A stretch of DNA of 51,372 nt from contig JBOZIK010000001.1 in NCBI GenBank assembly GCA_051453625.1, forward strand, positions 44,667,989-44,719,360. Reading direction: 5' to 3'. Below the pieces are notes generated by a model. It was not told the DNA's origin and did not search any database. It worked only from the letters and a program-made list of their open reading frames with translations. Shown one piece after another: positions 1 to 14,115 of the stretch. Position numbers and translations under genes: made by a program. Each line of letters starts with the position of its first letter. Within the stretch, counting starts at the first letter, position 1. This DNA is from Welwitschia mirabilis. Taxonomy: Eukaryota.

Positions 1-19
1 AACATCCTTCAAAGGAATA

Positions 20-1321
20 ATCTAAGAGAGAATTAAGACAATTATAGAAATAAAGTTCTTCTCATCTAGGAAAACCTCTAAGATAAGTGCTTCTATTATG
101 TTTAAGATTATATCAAAAGGTTGCTTATATATTTTTAACCTTTGTCCGTTAACTATCTGAATCTCTTTAGTGGTTAAGTTAGAAATTTTAATAAAGACAT
201 TATAATATAATTTTTTAACAAGGTTAAGACCTAATCATTTTGCAGTTAACTTGTTATGTAGAAGATGTACTATAGTATTGTATAATAAAACTAGTTGATC
301 AGATTCAAACTTTTTATGAATTAACTTTTTATAATGTTTGAACTTACTTTGGGCTTTATGAATGAGTTGACAATGTATAGATCATGTTTTTTTCATTTAT
401 ATGATCTAATTAATTAAGATTTTCCTCTAAATTGACAAGATTAAGTTGATGTATTAAATAATAGGAATTTTAACAAACATCAATAAGTAAAACATAGAAT
501 TTATCATATACAAGTTCACAAGGTGAAAATCTAATAGTATTATATCAAATAGTATTTTAAGCCTAAAGAGCATCATCAAGTTTGAAAGTATAAGATTTTT
601 TATTAGAAGCGACAAATTTTTAAAGCATTTTTTTAGTTTTTCTAGTGGCATTTTTTATCTTATCCATTGGTTTGAGGACTGTAAGCATAGATTATACTAT
701 GTTCTATTCCAATGGATAAAAGAAGTTTCATAAAAGGATTATTGATGAAATGAGTTTCTTGATCAATAATGATTATGCGAGGAAAGCCAAAATATTGAAA
801 AATTTGAGTTCTAAGAAAATTAAAAATGGTTAGGCATCATTTGAAGAAGTAGAAATTACTTTAACCCATTTATTCACATATCGATAGCCACTAAAATTTA
901 ATTTTTATCCTTACAAGGTAGTTTAATTGGGCATATGAAATTGATTCCCTAAAAATCAAAATGTTCACACTCAAAAATAGGTTTAAAGATCTTTTCTTGT
1001 TATTATAAAAAACTACCATAACATTGACATGGATTACACTTTTTATCATAATCAAAGGATTCCTAAAAAATACTAGGCTAATAAAATGTAGAGTGAAGAT
1101 TTTTAATGGCTATTTTCTAACCACTAAAATGTCTATCACAAATACCACCATAACAAAAATGAAGGATATCATATTTTTTTCCATTCTGGTACATATTTTC
1201 TTATAATTTAATCATTACACCTACCTATAACAATATTGTTGTATCATACATAAGTTCAAAATCCTTATCCTAGTTGGGTCCTATTACAATGGATGTGGAA
1301 GAGATTTTTTCTTTAAGTGTA
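20..1321 (-). pseudogene. Decayed gypsy integrase (element A)
   Basis: Minus-strand reading near 220-295 gives LVLLYNTIVHLLHNKLTAK*LG, matching the Athila INT C-terminal motif VLLxNSRLxLFPGKLxSxWxGP. Also YVNKWVKVISTS near 850-880. Many stops. Confidence 0.8.
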
Positions 1322-2198
1322 NNNNNNNNNNNNNNNNNNNNNNNNNNNNNNNNNNNNNNNNNNNNNNNNNNNNNNNNNNNNNNNNNNNNNNNNNNNNNNN
1401 NNNNNNNNNNNNNNNNNNNNNNNNNNNNNNNNNNNNNNNNNNNNNNNNNNNNNNNNNNNNNNNNNNNNNNNNNNNNNNNNNNNNNNNNNNNNNNNNNNNN
1501 NNNNNNNNNNNNNNNNNNNNNNNNNNNNNNNNNNNNNNNNNNNNNNNNNNNNNNNNNNNNNNNNNNNNNNNNNNNNNNNNNNNNNNNNNNNNNNNNNNNN
1601 NNNNNNNNNNNNNNNNNNNNNNNNNNNNNNNNNNNNNNNNNNNNNNNNNNNNNNNNNNNNNNNNNNNNNNNNNNNNNNNNNNNNNNNNNNNNNNNNNNNN
1701 NNNNNNNNNNNNNNNNNNNNNNNNNNNNNNNNNNNNNNNNNNNNNNNNNNNNNNNNNNNNNNNNNNNNNNNNNNNNNNNNNNNNNNNNNNNNNNNNNNNN
1801 NNNNNNNNNNNNNNNNNNNNNNNNNNNNNNNNNNNNNNNNNNNNNNNNNNNNNNNNNNNNNNNNNNNNNNNNNNNNNNNNNNNNNNNNNNNNNNNNNNNN
1901 NNNNNNNNNNNNNNNNNNNNNNNNNNNNNNNNNNNNNNNNNNNNNNNNNNNNNNNNNNNNNNNNNNNNNNNNNNNNNNNNNNNNNNNNNNNNNNNNNNNN
2001 NNNNNNNNNNNNNNNNNNNNNNNNNNNNNNNNNNNNNNNNNNNNNNNNNNNNNNNNNNNNNNNNNNNNNNNNNNNNNNNNNNNNNNNNNNNNNNNNNNNN
2101 NNNNNNNNNNNNNNNNNNNNNNNNNNNNNNNNNNNNNNNNNNNNNNNNNNNNNNNNNNNNNNNNNNNNNNNNNNNNNNNNNNNNNNNNNNNNNNNNNT

Positions 2199-2780
2199 AT
2201 GCATCTATCAAGGACTTTTTCTAATATTTCTAGTATTTAATCAAAGGTTTTTATAAATATTGAAAATTCATTCATAGATATTTCTATTGAATCCTCAAAC
2301 ATGTTTAAAAAAATACCCATCATAACAAGTTGAAAAGTTATAGGAGCATTGCAAAGTATAAGAAGCATTGGTTAAAAAGAAATACCCCAAAAGATAAAGT
2401 AAAAGTGATTTTATCCTAGTCTTAACTAGCTATGAAAATCTAATTTTAACCACTATATCCATCTAAAAGCAGTAAAAATAATGTCCCTAAATTCTATCAA
2501 GTATCTAGTTGAGAAAGGATAGGGGACAATGATCCTTTTTCATTGCCTTATTAGGTTTTCTAAAATCTATGCATACTTTCCATTTTCCATCCTTTTTAGA
2601 TACTATAGTTAAGGAACTAATCCATTCACTATCTGATATAGCATAAATTATTCCAGCATTCATTAATTTAATAATTTCATTTTTAACTACTTGTTTAAGT
2701 GATGGGTTTAATCTTCTCTATAGTTATCTAATATGTTTTAAGTTTTTCTCAAGATATATTTTATGCTATACAATAGAAGG
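2199..2780 (-). pseudogene. Decayed gypsy reverse transcriptase (element A)
   Basis: Minus strand gives KKDGKWKVCIDFRKPNKAMKKDHCP (2525-2598), followed by GYFF*PMLLILCNAP-like RT motifs. Confidence 0.85.
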
Positions 2781-3956
2781 AGAAATGATAGATAAATATT
2801 TATGAGACCAAAAGGATGCATTAATTTTGGAAGTCAAAAAAGAGATTAAGGTTGATTCTTACTTAAGAGAGAGGTTTTTATTGATTATTAAAGATTTCTT
2901 CTAATCATTACAAAGAAAAATATGCTTTAGTCTAATAGGCAGATTTTTTTAGATTTAGATTCAGATTATGATTTTCCATTTCTATCATAGACTTATTAAT
3001 TTTAACATTTATCTTGTACTATCATCCAGATGTTAGTAGTGAATGACCTCCCTTAATGTATGAATTTTCATTTATTTTAAATAGTTGTACTTCCTTATAG
3101 AATAAGGATTCTTTTTTTTCCTTATTCTGATCTAAAAGATTATTTTCTAAATACTCTAAGATGAATTTATCAAAATCTTTTAAGTTTTTAATCTCAAGTG
3201 GATCACCATAATGTGTAGGTTCATGTAATATTAACCATCTTTCCTAAAGTGAATTATGGTGTTGGAATAAGTTTGGTTTAATTTTATTTTCTATGNNNNN
3301 NNNNNNNNNNNNNNNNNNNNNNNNNNNNNNNNNNNNNNNNNNNNNNNNNNNNNNNNNNNNNNNNNNNNNNNNNNNNNNNNNNNNNNNNNNNNNNNNNNNN
3401 NNNNNNNNNNNNNNNNNNNNNNNNNNNNNNNNNNNNNNNNNNNNNNNNNNNNNNNNNNNNNNNNNNNNNNNNNNNNNNNNNNNNNNNNNNNNNNNNNNNN
3501 NNNNNNNNNNNNNNNNNNNNNNNNNNNNNNNNNNNNNNNNNNNNNNNNNNNNNNNNNNNNNNNNNNNNNNNNNNNNNNNNNNNNNNNNNNNNNNNNNNNN
3601 NNNNNNNNNNNNNNNNNNNNNNNNNNNNNNNNNNNNNNNNNNNNNNNNNNNNNNNNNNNNNNNNNNNNNNNNNNNNNNNNNNNNNNNNNNNNNNNNNNNN
3701 NNNNNNNNNNNNNNNNNNNNNNNNNNNNNNNNNNNNNNNNNNNNNNNNNNNNNNNNNNNNNNNNNNNNNNNNNNNNNNNNNNNNNNNNNNNNNNNNNNNN
3801 NNNNNNNNNNNNNNNNNNNNNNNNNNNNNNNNNNNNNNNNNNNNNNNNNNNNNNNNNNNNNNNNNNNNNNNNNNNNNNNNNNNNNNNNNNNNNNNNNNNN
3901 NNNNNNNNNNNNNNNNNNNNNNNNNNNNNNNNNNNNNNNNNNNNNNNNNNNNNNNN

Positions 3957-4640
3957 ATTACAACAATCTATGTTGGGTAAAATTCCTCTTTAATTTAAAT
4001 TACTAAATATTTTATAACTCCTCATGATTTCTTAACTAATGTATCTACTAATTCAGAGATAATCCGAGTAGGCTCTATTCTACCTTATAAACTAAGTCTC
4101 TTACAAATGTGTGATTGCATAATATTGACACTTTTTCCAATATCAATTAAAGCCCTTTTTATTCTTTTATTTCACTCTAAGGTGATACTAATGATTGCTT
4201 CCCCTGAATCCTTAAATTTTAGAGTCTTTTATAATACTAAGTTTGTGAGAGATTGAGCTAGAAAGACTTTTTTAGGTATAGTTTATTTTTGTTTTCTTCT
4301 TATTAATTATTTTTATAACTTAGAGTATTTTGGATTTTCATACAAAATTTTTTAGAATGGTAAGTTTATACTTACATTTTGCATTAAGGATTTAAGATGC
4401 TTATTAAAAATTATATTATTATTAAGCCTATTAATTTAAGGGGTGCTGGTTTCTATTCTTTTATTTGAGAAGAATTTTTCTTTTTACTTTTGCCATTTAA
4501 GGGAGAAGGAAAATTATTATTTTCTAAAATTTTGATGTCCTCTTCTTCCTCATAATATCTAATGTTATTTTAAAAGGTTAAAGCTTCATAAAGAGAAGGG
4601 TTTATTTTATTTTCACTTCATATTACAACCTATCCTTTTA
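3957..4640 (-). pseudogene. Decayed gag-pol spacer and aspartic protease (element A)
   Basis: Minus-strand KFKDSGEAIISIT and ALIDIGKSVNIM correspond to the Athila KxKDPG...ALxDLGASVNxM protease motif. Confidence 0.75.
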
Positions 4641-4641
4641 T

Positions 4642-5884
4642 TATCATGTGAATTTGTGCAATCTTTAAGTCCTTAGGCAAAACCTCTAAATCACAATACT
4701 TGTAGAAGAAAACACACTAGTATATATGATAATCAACCTAAATATCATAATACATTAAAGACAGTAAGCTAGGAGTTAGAAAATTAATTTCACAAAGCAT
4801 TTTTAGTCTTTTTCCCTTAGTAAATAAAGATAAATAACAATGAAGATGAAATGCAAGATTAATGATCATGAAATTAAAATGGATGAATGATGAATCTAGT
4901 TGACTACTAATCTCTCTATTACTAAGTTTGGCCCTTATAACTTAGATCAATTAGGAAGAGTTTATCGCTTGTCCATAACCAACATAAGCTATAAGATATG
5001 CCAAACAAAATATGAATAATGTTAATATGGAAATGGCACAAATGAAATGCAATGCAAGATCTAAACTAACAATTTTAACCTTAAAAAAGGTTGCGCTTAT
5101 GATCTAGATAAACTATGAAGATATCATCAAATATTAATCAAATTAAACCATAAGGAAGTTTTTCACCATATAATTAAAAAGAGTTCTTGAATTAATCATC
5201 AATTTAACATCCACTTATAACAAAGTTATAGCATCTCAATGGAAGACACTCAGCCCAAAACCAAGAAAATCATCTTTCTATAGCTAATGAATGGACCTTT
5301 TATCCTTTAATATTTTATTATAAGAATATCTAATACAAAAGATGGAAATGAAATTGAAGGAAAATGAGGGTATTTATAGTTTTATATTGAAGTTCTAAAA
5401 GAAAAACCTAAAAGTTGGAGAAGAAATCCTAGCAACCCACATAGGCTTCATGAACCCATTAAAAAGATAATTCTTTCCATCCATACAAATTAATTATTGT
5501 CTTAACTATTATGGAATAATACTTAGGATGATACTCTATAAGAAGAGATGATCCATTAGCTTTAAACCCCATAGTTAACTCTATAGCTTTGGTCCATATC
5601 AATAGTAGTATATTCTAACTATCATGGGAATGAAAGAGGGGATAATAGGCCTCTTTATCTTTTTATCTTAAGAGAAATTAGTATTTTGCATTGTTAATCT
5701 TTCCTTCAAGGCAAAAAATATTATAATAATCTTGAGATGCCTCCAAATATGCCAAAAATCACATGTTTCATTGATTATTACATCAATTTTCTATAGTCAT
5801 TAGAATTGAATCTAAACTTGTATAAATGTACTATAAAAGTAATTAAAATACCCCATCAAAATCCTACAAATTAGCATCACAAAA
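4642..5884 (-). repeat. Athila-like LTR (3' LTR of element B)
   Basis: About 1.24 kb direct repeat of 17855-19693. Its right end (ttagcatcacaaaa) corresponds to the reverse complement of the LTR start TGTTGCAATACC seen at 31618 and 34711. Confidence 0.85.
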
Positions 5885-5925
5885 GAGCCTTCTGCCTATC
5901 CTTGTTAGTCTCTAATAAAATAAGT
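5885..5925 (-). promoter_or_regulatory. Degenerate polypurine tract and pre-PPT motif of element B
   Basis: gagccttctgcctatccttgttagtctctaataaaa lies next to the LTR and is homologous to 19694-19735, 31429-31460 and the reverse complement of 46905-46945. Confidence 0.6.
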
Positions 5926-8129
5926 GATCAATCATATTATAAGCCAATTTGAGTAAGATAACCAGCAACTAGGAAAAATGTAAATTGAGTTCAAAAATGT
6001 TTACCATGCAGGAATAAACATAAAAAATTAATTAGATGATATGGTACCTGATTAAGATGTGTAATAGATATGTCATTCTACTTGTCATATGGATGACAAT
6101 AGGGATGACAATACTTTTAAAATTAGAATGAAAGCTTGATGCCTTCAACATGATTATTAGAGAAATACATTTACTGATATCTTCATTAGCATCCTATTTA
6201 AAATGTTTAATTCATCATAATATAATAAATAAATATAATATACAAGAAAATTATTATAAGATGTAATAGCGATAGTTTCAAAAAATGATGATGTGCATGC
6301 ATAATCTAAGATAGTGATACTAAAACTAATATGTATAAACTAAGTAATGATAACTCAAAATGATGTATACAAGTCCATTAGTGAGTTTTAAATATATTCT
6401 ACAAGGGGTGAAGTACAAATAATAATCATGACATCATTTCCCTTATCCATGATGTTTTAGATGTTCTGAATCATAGTTGTAGGAGAAATTTATGATTACG
6501 CTGCTATGATCTTACTAGGTAATGTCCATGAAAAATTATTCAAGTAATATGAAATAATATGTAAATAATCTCATCACAAGTATGTATTGTAAAAGCTCAA
6601 AAATGATCCATTAAAATTAAAAATTTTTCTCAATATCTCAAAAGTAGATCAAAAAAATATCTTACCCTCCCATATATGAATCAAAATGTCTCAGATTGCA
6701 ATAGAGCTAAAATGATTATTATCATCTTATCTATTATGAGAAAGATAGACATGGAACAACACTAATTAAATGATATTCTATAAAGATAGGAAAACCTAGA
6801 AAATGTCTAAAGGCAAGGGAGATAACAATTAAGCAATAGAAAATCAAGGAGATGTTAAAAAGTAAAGAATCATCCTAAAAAACAATGTTCATGATGAAAA
6901 GAAACTTGTGTGAAAAGGACTTAAAGATAAAAGGATGGAACCATAATAATGCACTAAATGAAAGAAGAAATGCTTAGAAGAACTCCTTAAATGTTCCCAA
7001 ACTTAGTAAGCATGGAAAAGTAGGAAACTAAAACTTAAAACAAAAAGTATCAATGTCACCTATCAAAAAGAAAAAATAAGCCTCATGGATAAAACTATGA
7101 GTAATATCAACAAGAAATTACTAAATAATCATATTAAAAATATTATATTGAAAAAGTATAGAAATAACTTTAAAGAAACCAAAAAAATAGCTAAAGCAAA
7201 ACAAAATTAAAAATGAGCAACTAGAAATATAAAGAAGATTGTTTTACCTATCCTAAATTATAACCTAACAAATTCCTTAGTAAAAATCCTAAAATGACCT
7301 AATGAAAAATGCATGATAGTATGTAAAAATTCATAAAGTATATTGAAATAGGTAATAATTATGATGACATCAATTATGTCTAATATTGTCAAACAATAAA
7401 TGATAAGATTAAAATCTACTAAACATGAACTCACTAGCTCACATATCAAAATAATATTAGAATCCAAAAAAGTAGGACAATCATGTAAAAGTGCTATATG
7501 TGAAAAAAAATAAGTCTAGAAAATAAATAATGCCTCTAATTACATCAAAGACATTACTAATCCCGTATTCTCTAAGTAAAAATCATTTTACCATGACGAG
7601 GGGAGTGCAACCATAGTTAGAGAAGTAAGGACCACAGAGCATGGCCAACTGACCCCTTAGTGGAGTTCCCATAGCTATCACATCAAACTACCAAAGATTC
7701 CTCTTAAGCAAATTTGCCTTAGCATGATTATAGTAGGACATCATGGTGATCATGATTTTAGCTCAGATACAAAAGATCATGATCATTATTTATTTTTTTA
7801 AGATGAAAAGAGAAATTCCACATAACTAAGTACTTATAACAATAAGAGTGAAGTAATGAAATGCAAAATAAGTAAGATCATGCACAAATAATTAAATACT
7901 TACATCATTAAAAGAGAATATAAAAGACAAGGCACCTTCCTTCTAAATAAATTTCATAGACATAAGAATGTCTTAAAATTGGATGAATTCAATTTTATCA
8001 TTTTAGAATACCCAAATAAAAGATTAGTAATCATAGTTACTTCATAAAGTAATATATAGATCAAGTTAAAGATGTTTAAGTAATAGCATCATCTCTACCC
8101 CAGAAATCAATTAAGAAGGAATTTATCTA

Positions 8130-11100
8130 ATAATAGAAGGAAAAACTTCCTCATTGCGAGGGGCTTCCAAGACAAGTACTTTTATAATGTTTAAGGTTCC
8201 ATTAGTAGATGACTTATAAATTTTTACCCTTTTTTCATTGACCTTTTAGATTTAACTAGTGTTTGAATTGGAGATTTTAACTAATTCATTGAAATGCATT
8301 TTTTATGTAAGATAAGGACCTAATCATTTAAAGGTTAACTTGTTGTGTAAAAGGTGTACTCAGGTATTATATAAAAAGATGAGTTGACTAGGTTCAAATT
8401 TCTTATGGAAAATCTTTTTATCATGTTTGAAATTAGCTTGGGATTTATAAATGAGTTGACAATATATAACATGAGTATACTTTTAATCTAAATACTCAAG
8501 TTGGACTAATCGAGTCTTAAGATTTTCATTCAAGTTTACAAGGTTAAGTTAATGGGTGAATCAAAAAGAGTTATAGCAAACATTAATTGACAAGATATAA
8601 ACCTTCTTATGCATAAGTTCATAAGGTAAAAGATCTAGAGAGTTTTACCAAGTAGAATAATAAGCCTAAAGAACATTATTAAGTTTAGAGAACCAAGTCT
8701 TCTTATTGACAAAGACTAATATTTAGACATCTTTTTAATTTCTATTTTTGCATTTTTAGCTTGGCCATTAGTTGTAGATGATAAGTACATGAAATTCTAT
8801 GTTCAATTATAATATATAAAAGATGTTTTAGAAAAAGGTGACTAATAAAATGAGTTCCTTAATCAATAATGATGATTCTAGGAAAACCAAAACATTGAAA
8901 GATATGAGTTTGAACAAAATTGCAAACAATTCAAACATCATTGTTGATAGTAGGAAAAGCTTCAACCCACTTGGTAACATTATCAATGACCACTAAGATG
9001 TAATTTTTATGATGCAAAGATGATTTTATAGGGCTTATAAACTTAATTACCCAACAATTAAAAGTTTCACATTCAAGCATATGTTTAAAGGGCATATCTT
9101 TAAAATGAATTAGGCTATCACAACATTGATAAGAATCATACCTTCTAGTAAACTCAAAAGAGTATTTGAAAAGGATAAGCCAATAAAAAATAGAATGAAG
9201 AATTTTCATTACACTATTTTATCCACTAAAGTATCCCCCATGTATTCCACCATGGTAAAGGTTAAGGATATTTAGAACTTTTCATTCATGCATATATTTA
9301 TGCATGATTTAATCTTTGAATCTTTAGTAAAGATGGGATTCATTCCATTAATACTCATCAATAATATGGAGAAAAGTTTTTGGTTGATTATTGTTTCAAT
9401 GCTGAGGTGTTTTTATGATAATAAGATAGTTCATAATATCATCATATCAAGAAGTGAAATGAGTAGAAGAGATGGCATAAGGTTATTCAACAGTAAATAG
9501 TTGTTCATTTAGAAAGGAGTCATTTATGGGGAGTTCATCATGAGAAAAAGAGAGTTAAGATAAGTGATCTACAATACTATTATGCTTTTCAACTTTGTCA
9601 ATGATGGTAAGATTAAATTCTTGCATGAGAAGGATCCACCTAATAAGTCTAGTACTAAAATATTTTTTAGTTATAAGATATAGTGTATGGCTACATAACC
9701 TTTATAAATATTGGTGTGAAATATAAGAAGATATTATTTAAGATGATCAAGGCAAAAGATGATGAAAAGAATTTTCCTTTTAATAATAGTATGGTTGGAT
9801 TAGGATTTAGATAATGTTTTATTAAGATAGGATATGACTCTAAGATAATTTTCACAGTTCTTACTAAGAACCCCATCCACAGTAATGTTGCTTGCATCAC
9901 ATATGAGTTTAAGGTCTTTAGTCTAATTAGAACTCATGATAATAGGTTTAAAAGAAATTTTATTCTTACATGTATCAAAAGCAAGTTGATATGAATCATC
10001 CCAATCAAATTTAGCTTCTTTTTCAAGTAGTGAAGGGGTTTATAAATCTTGGTATAATTGTAATTAAAATTATGATAGAAAATAGCTTGATCAAGGAATG
10101 ATCTAACTTTTTTGACTTAGTTGGAGGATTAAGGTTTTTAATGATATCAACTTTTATAGGATCCATCTTAATCCCTTCATTAGAAATGTGATGACATAAA
10201 ACAATTCCATTATTGATAATAAAGAAACTCTTTTCTCAAATAAATTGTAGGCCACTCTCTATACATCAATCTAAGACCTTTTCTAACCTTTTTATGATTT
10301 TTTCAAAATTTTTATCGAAGATGGAGAAGCCATCCATAAAACTTTCAATAGAATCCTCTGTCATATTAGAAAAGATCCCCATAATTACTCATTAAAAAGT
10401 TGCAAGGCCATTATAAATTCTAAAAGGCATTCTTCTAAATCCAAAGGGAGAGGTAAAATTTGTTTTTTCTTGGTCTTCACTTGCTATACAAACTTGATTA
10501 TAGCCACTATACCCATAAAGAAAATAATAGTAGACATGACCTTGAATTCTATCAAGTACTTGACTAAGAAAGGCTAAAGAGTAATGATCCTTCTTAGTAA
10601 CCTTATTAAGTTTTCTAAAATCAATGCACATTCTCCATTTTTCATCCTTTTTTGGAACTATTATCAAAGGACTAATCCACTAACTATTAGATATAGAAAA
10701 TATGATCCCAACATTTATATGTTTATTAATTTTATCTTTAACTATTTGCTTAAGGGCTGGTTTAAGCCTTCTTTGGGGTTACTTAATAGGTTTAACATTA
10801 TCCTCAACGTAAATTTCATGTTAGACTATAGAAATATGGATGATAGCTAAGTCTTTATGAGTTCAAGTAAAGACATCTTCTTTAGAAGTTAAGAGTAAGA
10901 TTAAGTTGGATTCTTATTAAGAAGTAAGAAAGTCACTTATTATTAGAGGTTTCTTTGGATTAATGGATAGAAAAATATATTTCAAATCTTTAAGTAACTC
11001 CTTAAGTTCTAAGTTAACATTTTCAAGTATCTTCCTATTTGTTATGGGGACAACAGATGTGGGATGACACTCTGCAAAAAGGTTTTCTAGTGAGTAGACA

Positions 11101-13610
11101 TATTGATTTTTGTTAAAATATTTCTCATTCTCATACTCAAGACAATGTGTTTAAGTTGGATTATCATACAAAGTTAGTTTTTCTAGCATTATTAATCTCT
11201 CCTTAATTGGCCGGTGTTGTAAAAACAAGGTCGTTTTAAGTTCTTCTTCTAAGTTAAACTCATCTTTTATGTTATTTTTAGTAGCATCAAAAACTCACAT
11301 GGTAACTTTTTATTTCCTATATGACATTTCATCATTCGGATTCATGTGTCAATGACATAGTGGGTAGTTGCACAAAAGGCTCTTTCTAAGAGTGGTGGAT
11401 AACTTCCATCATTTTTACCTCAATAATGACTACATCTATGAGGTAAAAGGTGTCCTCAATTTGGGATGACTAGGTTCTTGATAATTCCTAATGGTTTCAT
11501 AATTGAATTATTAGCAAATTCCAAGATAATTTATGTAGATTCTCTTCTATTTTTTAATCCAAGTATTTTACATATGTGAACATGTATGATGTTCACATTG
11601 GCTTCTATGTTAATTTAAGCACTTCAAATTCTTTTTTTTTATTCCAAGGTGATACTCATAGTTGCTACTCCAGGATCTTTGAATTTAGGACACTTTTTCA
11701 TGAGTAAGTTGAAAATAGATTGAGTAAGAAAAAATTTTCTAGGAATGGTATGTTTTTATTTTCTTCTTACTAGGTTTTTTCGCAACTTAGAGTATTTAGG
11801 ATTTTCTTACAAGAGTTTTCAAAAAATAAGTTGATGTTTACCTCTCCTCTTGCATCAAGATTTTTAAGTGGTCATCATAGGTAGGATTCATTTTTAATAT
11901 ATCAAGCCAAAGAGTAAATGGTTTTTTTCCTTTTGTTTTCTTGTAAAGAATTTTTAATGGTCATCTTAGCACGTGATGTTAATGGCAAGTTATATGAGTT
12001 TAAAATTTCTACATCATCTTATTTATTACCTTTTTCATTATTTTTAGAAGTTAAACCACATGGGTGGAAGGTGTTGTATCATTTTCAATTCTCGTCACTA
12101 CCTTTAAATCTCTCTTGACTTCATTTGGATTAGGTAAAGGTTAAGATACAAGAGACCCTTGTGGTCTTTGATTGGCCAGAATTATTTGCTGAAGCACATT
12201 TAGTAAGTTTTCAATATTATCATTAGTCTTTTCTTACATATTTTTCAACTATTCTATGAAATCTTTAAGTGGATCATTTTGATTTGATTAGAAATTGAGG
12301 TTATTTCTTGGAAGTTTGAATTCCTGAATCTATTCTCAAAAGGTTTCCATTATGATTATCCACTTAATCTCTATTGAAATTGTGATTGGCTTTTAGATCT
12401 ACATGTTATTTAGTTGAATGCATATACCTCCTCAAACATTCTTTCTTTATAATTTGGCAATAAGGGATACTCTTTAGTTTGATAAGAGTTATCTTCACAA
12501 ATATCACATGTTGAAGTTGTGTTTTCATCTTTTACTACTTTTGTATCAACTATCAACTAAGTTTACTTCTCTAAATTGATAGTAATGTCCTTAATTAATT
12601 TAGTTGAATCACTTCTCTCTTCTTCTTTGTCATGTTTTACTTCTTTAAATATTTTATGATTTGTCCTATAGTTTGATTTTCCTTAGTGGGTTTTAACTAA
12701 GTTTAACTTATTTCTACTAGATTTTCCAATACATTCTATGCATCCTCTAAGACTAAGTTCATTAAATTTCCATCATAAGAAAATTCTACAAGTTATTTAG
12801 TTGTAATAGTCAATCCACTGTAGAAATAATCTATCAATTTTTCTTTATGAAATTCATCAACAACGTTGGAATAAACAGCTATGATAAAACACTCATAAGT
12901 TATGACATAATCTTTATGAGGTTTTTGTTGAAAATTAGTAACTTTCTTCCTTCTTTTTCTCATGGTACTTTCACTCAAAAATTGTTTAATAAAAACTTCT
13001 TACACTTGACTTCATGATTTAAGACTCTTATGTGAAATAGTTTCAAGCCAAACTTTTTCCTTTTCTTTAAGTATGAATGGAAAAATAATTATGTAAGTGT
13101 GATCACTAATGCCTTTATTTCCATCTCATGAGATAAGTACAAGTTATTCAATATCAACTAGATGTTGAAAAGGTCTTCCTTAGATTCCCTTGAAAATGTT
13201 GGATAGGCACTTAAATTTCTTAATTTTACATCATTACTATAAGGTAAATCAAAAGGATTTTAGATTTCATGTTTCTTATTAGCAATTAAATCTATAAGAC
13301 TAACATTTACATTAAAAGTTAAAGTTCCTATCATGCTTGATGTATTATACAAAGCAACTTGTTTTTATGAGGATTTTGACATACATGAAGAAGAAATGAC
13401 ATGATCTACTTCTATGCTATAATTTTGTTTTACCAAATTTGATTATGAAATAATTAAAGTAAAAAAATCCTCTTCTTTAATTCTTAAAAGTCTTGTATCT
13501 AAAATGTGTGTACCTCGATTTTTCTTGAAGTTAAATAGTTCATTTCTAATATTTTCTTCGATCAAGCTTCTCTATCTTTGATATTTTATTTTTCTACCAG
13601 AATTCACCAT
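8130..13610 (-). pseudogene. Decayed gag-pol polyprotein (gag, protease, RT, RNase H, integrase) of element B
   Basis: ORF fragments: 10392-10667 IVPKKDEKWRMCIDFRKLNKVTKKDHY..GYSGYNQV..DQEKTNFTSPFG (RT); 8931-9209 YILVVIDNVTKWVEAFPT (INT); 12793-12978 LIDYFYSGL (retrotransposon gag). Many stops and frameshifts. Confidence 0.92.
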
Positions 13611-14115
13611 GTCATTGCATTCTTCACACAGTAAGTAAAAAATGAAATTAAACATAAGAAGTAGTCATCCATCTAGTCATTAGGCTGATGAGAGGGACGA
13701 TGGTCACAATAGTAGAAAACTAAAATGAAAAAAAATTCCATAACTAGAAAACCAGACTATCATCCAACCTATCATGGGGATGATAAAGAAGACATCAGCA
13801 TTTTTATTACTAATCTATAGATAGAAAGAAAATTTATGAGAAAGAAAATAAATTTGAAAATTTAGGAATGTCATTCCTAATATAATGTAGATGATATAGA
13901 GAGAATGAAAGTGATTTTCAAAACTATGGAAAATAAAAAATTATAAAAATAAACCTACTTTAACTATGCTAATAATATAGTACTATTTCAAATAAATAAC
14001 TTGAATTAAAATTCGNNNNNNNNNNNNNNNNNNNNNNNNNNNNNNNNNNNNNNNNNNNNNNNNNNNNNNNNNNNNNNNNNNNNNNNNNNNNNNNNNNNNN
14101 NNNNNNNNNNNNNNN

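Larger units (their letters stand above)
1..4641 (-). mobile_element. Athila-like Ty3/gypsy LTR retrotransposon internal remnant (element A), cut at ~4641 by the LTR of element B
   Basis: Colinear with pol of elements B and D (e.g. 210-300 vs 8310-8390). Order on the minus strand is protease, RT, integrase. It ends at a degenerate gag-end 'V(I/T)LRS' motif (4612-4630), where the LTR begins. Confidence 0.85.
4642..14015 (-). mobile_element. Athila-like gypsy element B (3' LTR, PPT, 3' non-coding region, pol, gag, 5' UTR), cut by a gap just before the PBS
   Basis: Colinear with 17855-27330 and 14116-17850. At 14015 the sequence is about 45 bp short of where the PBS lies in copy C. Confidence 0.85.

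Noticed and set aside
1270..4006. Long ORFs of 237-316 aa in the ORF track (likewise 18542-19216 and 37650-38287)
   Set aside because: They are runs of N translated as X, i.e. assembly gaps rather than genes.
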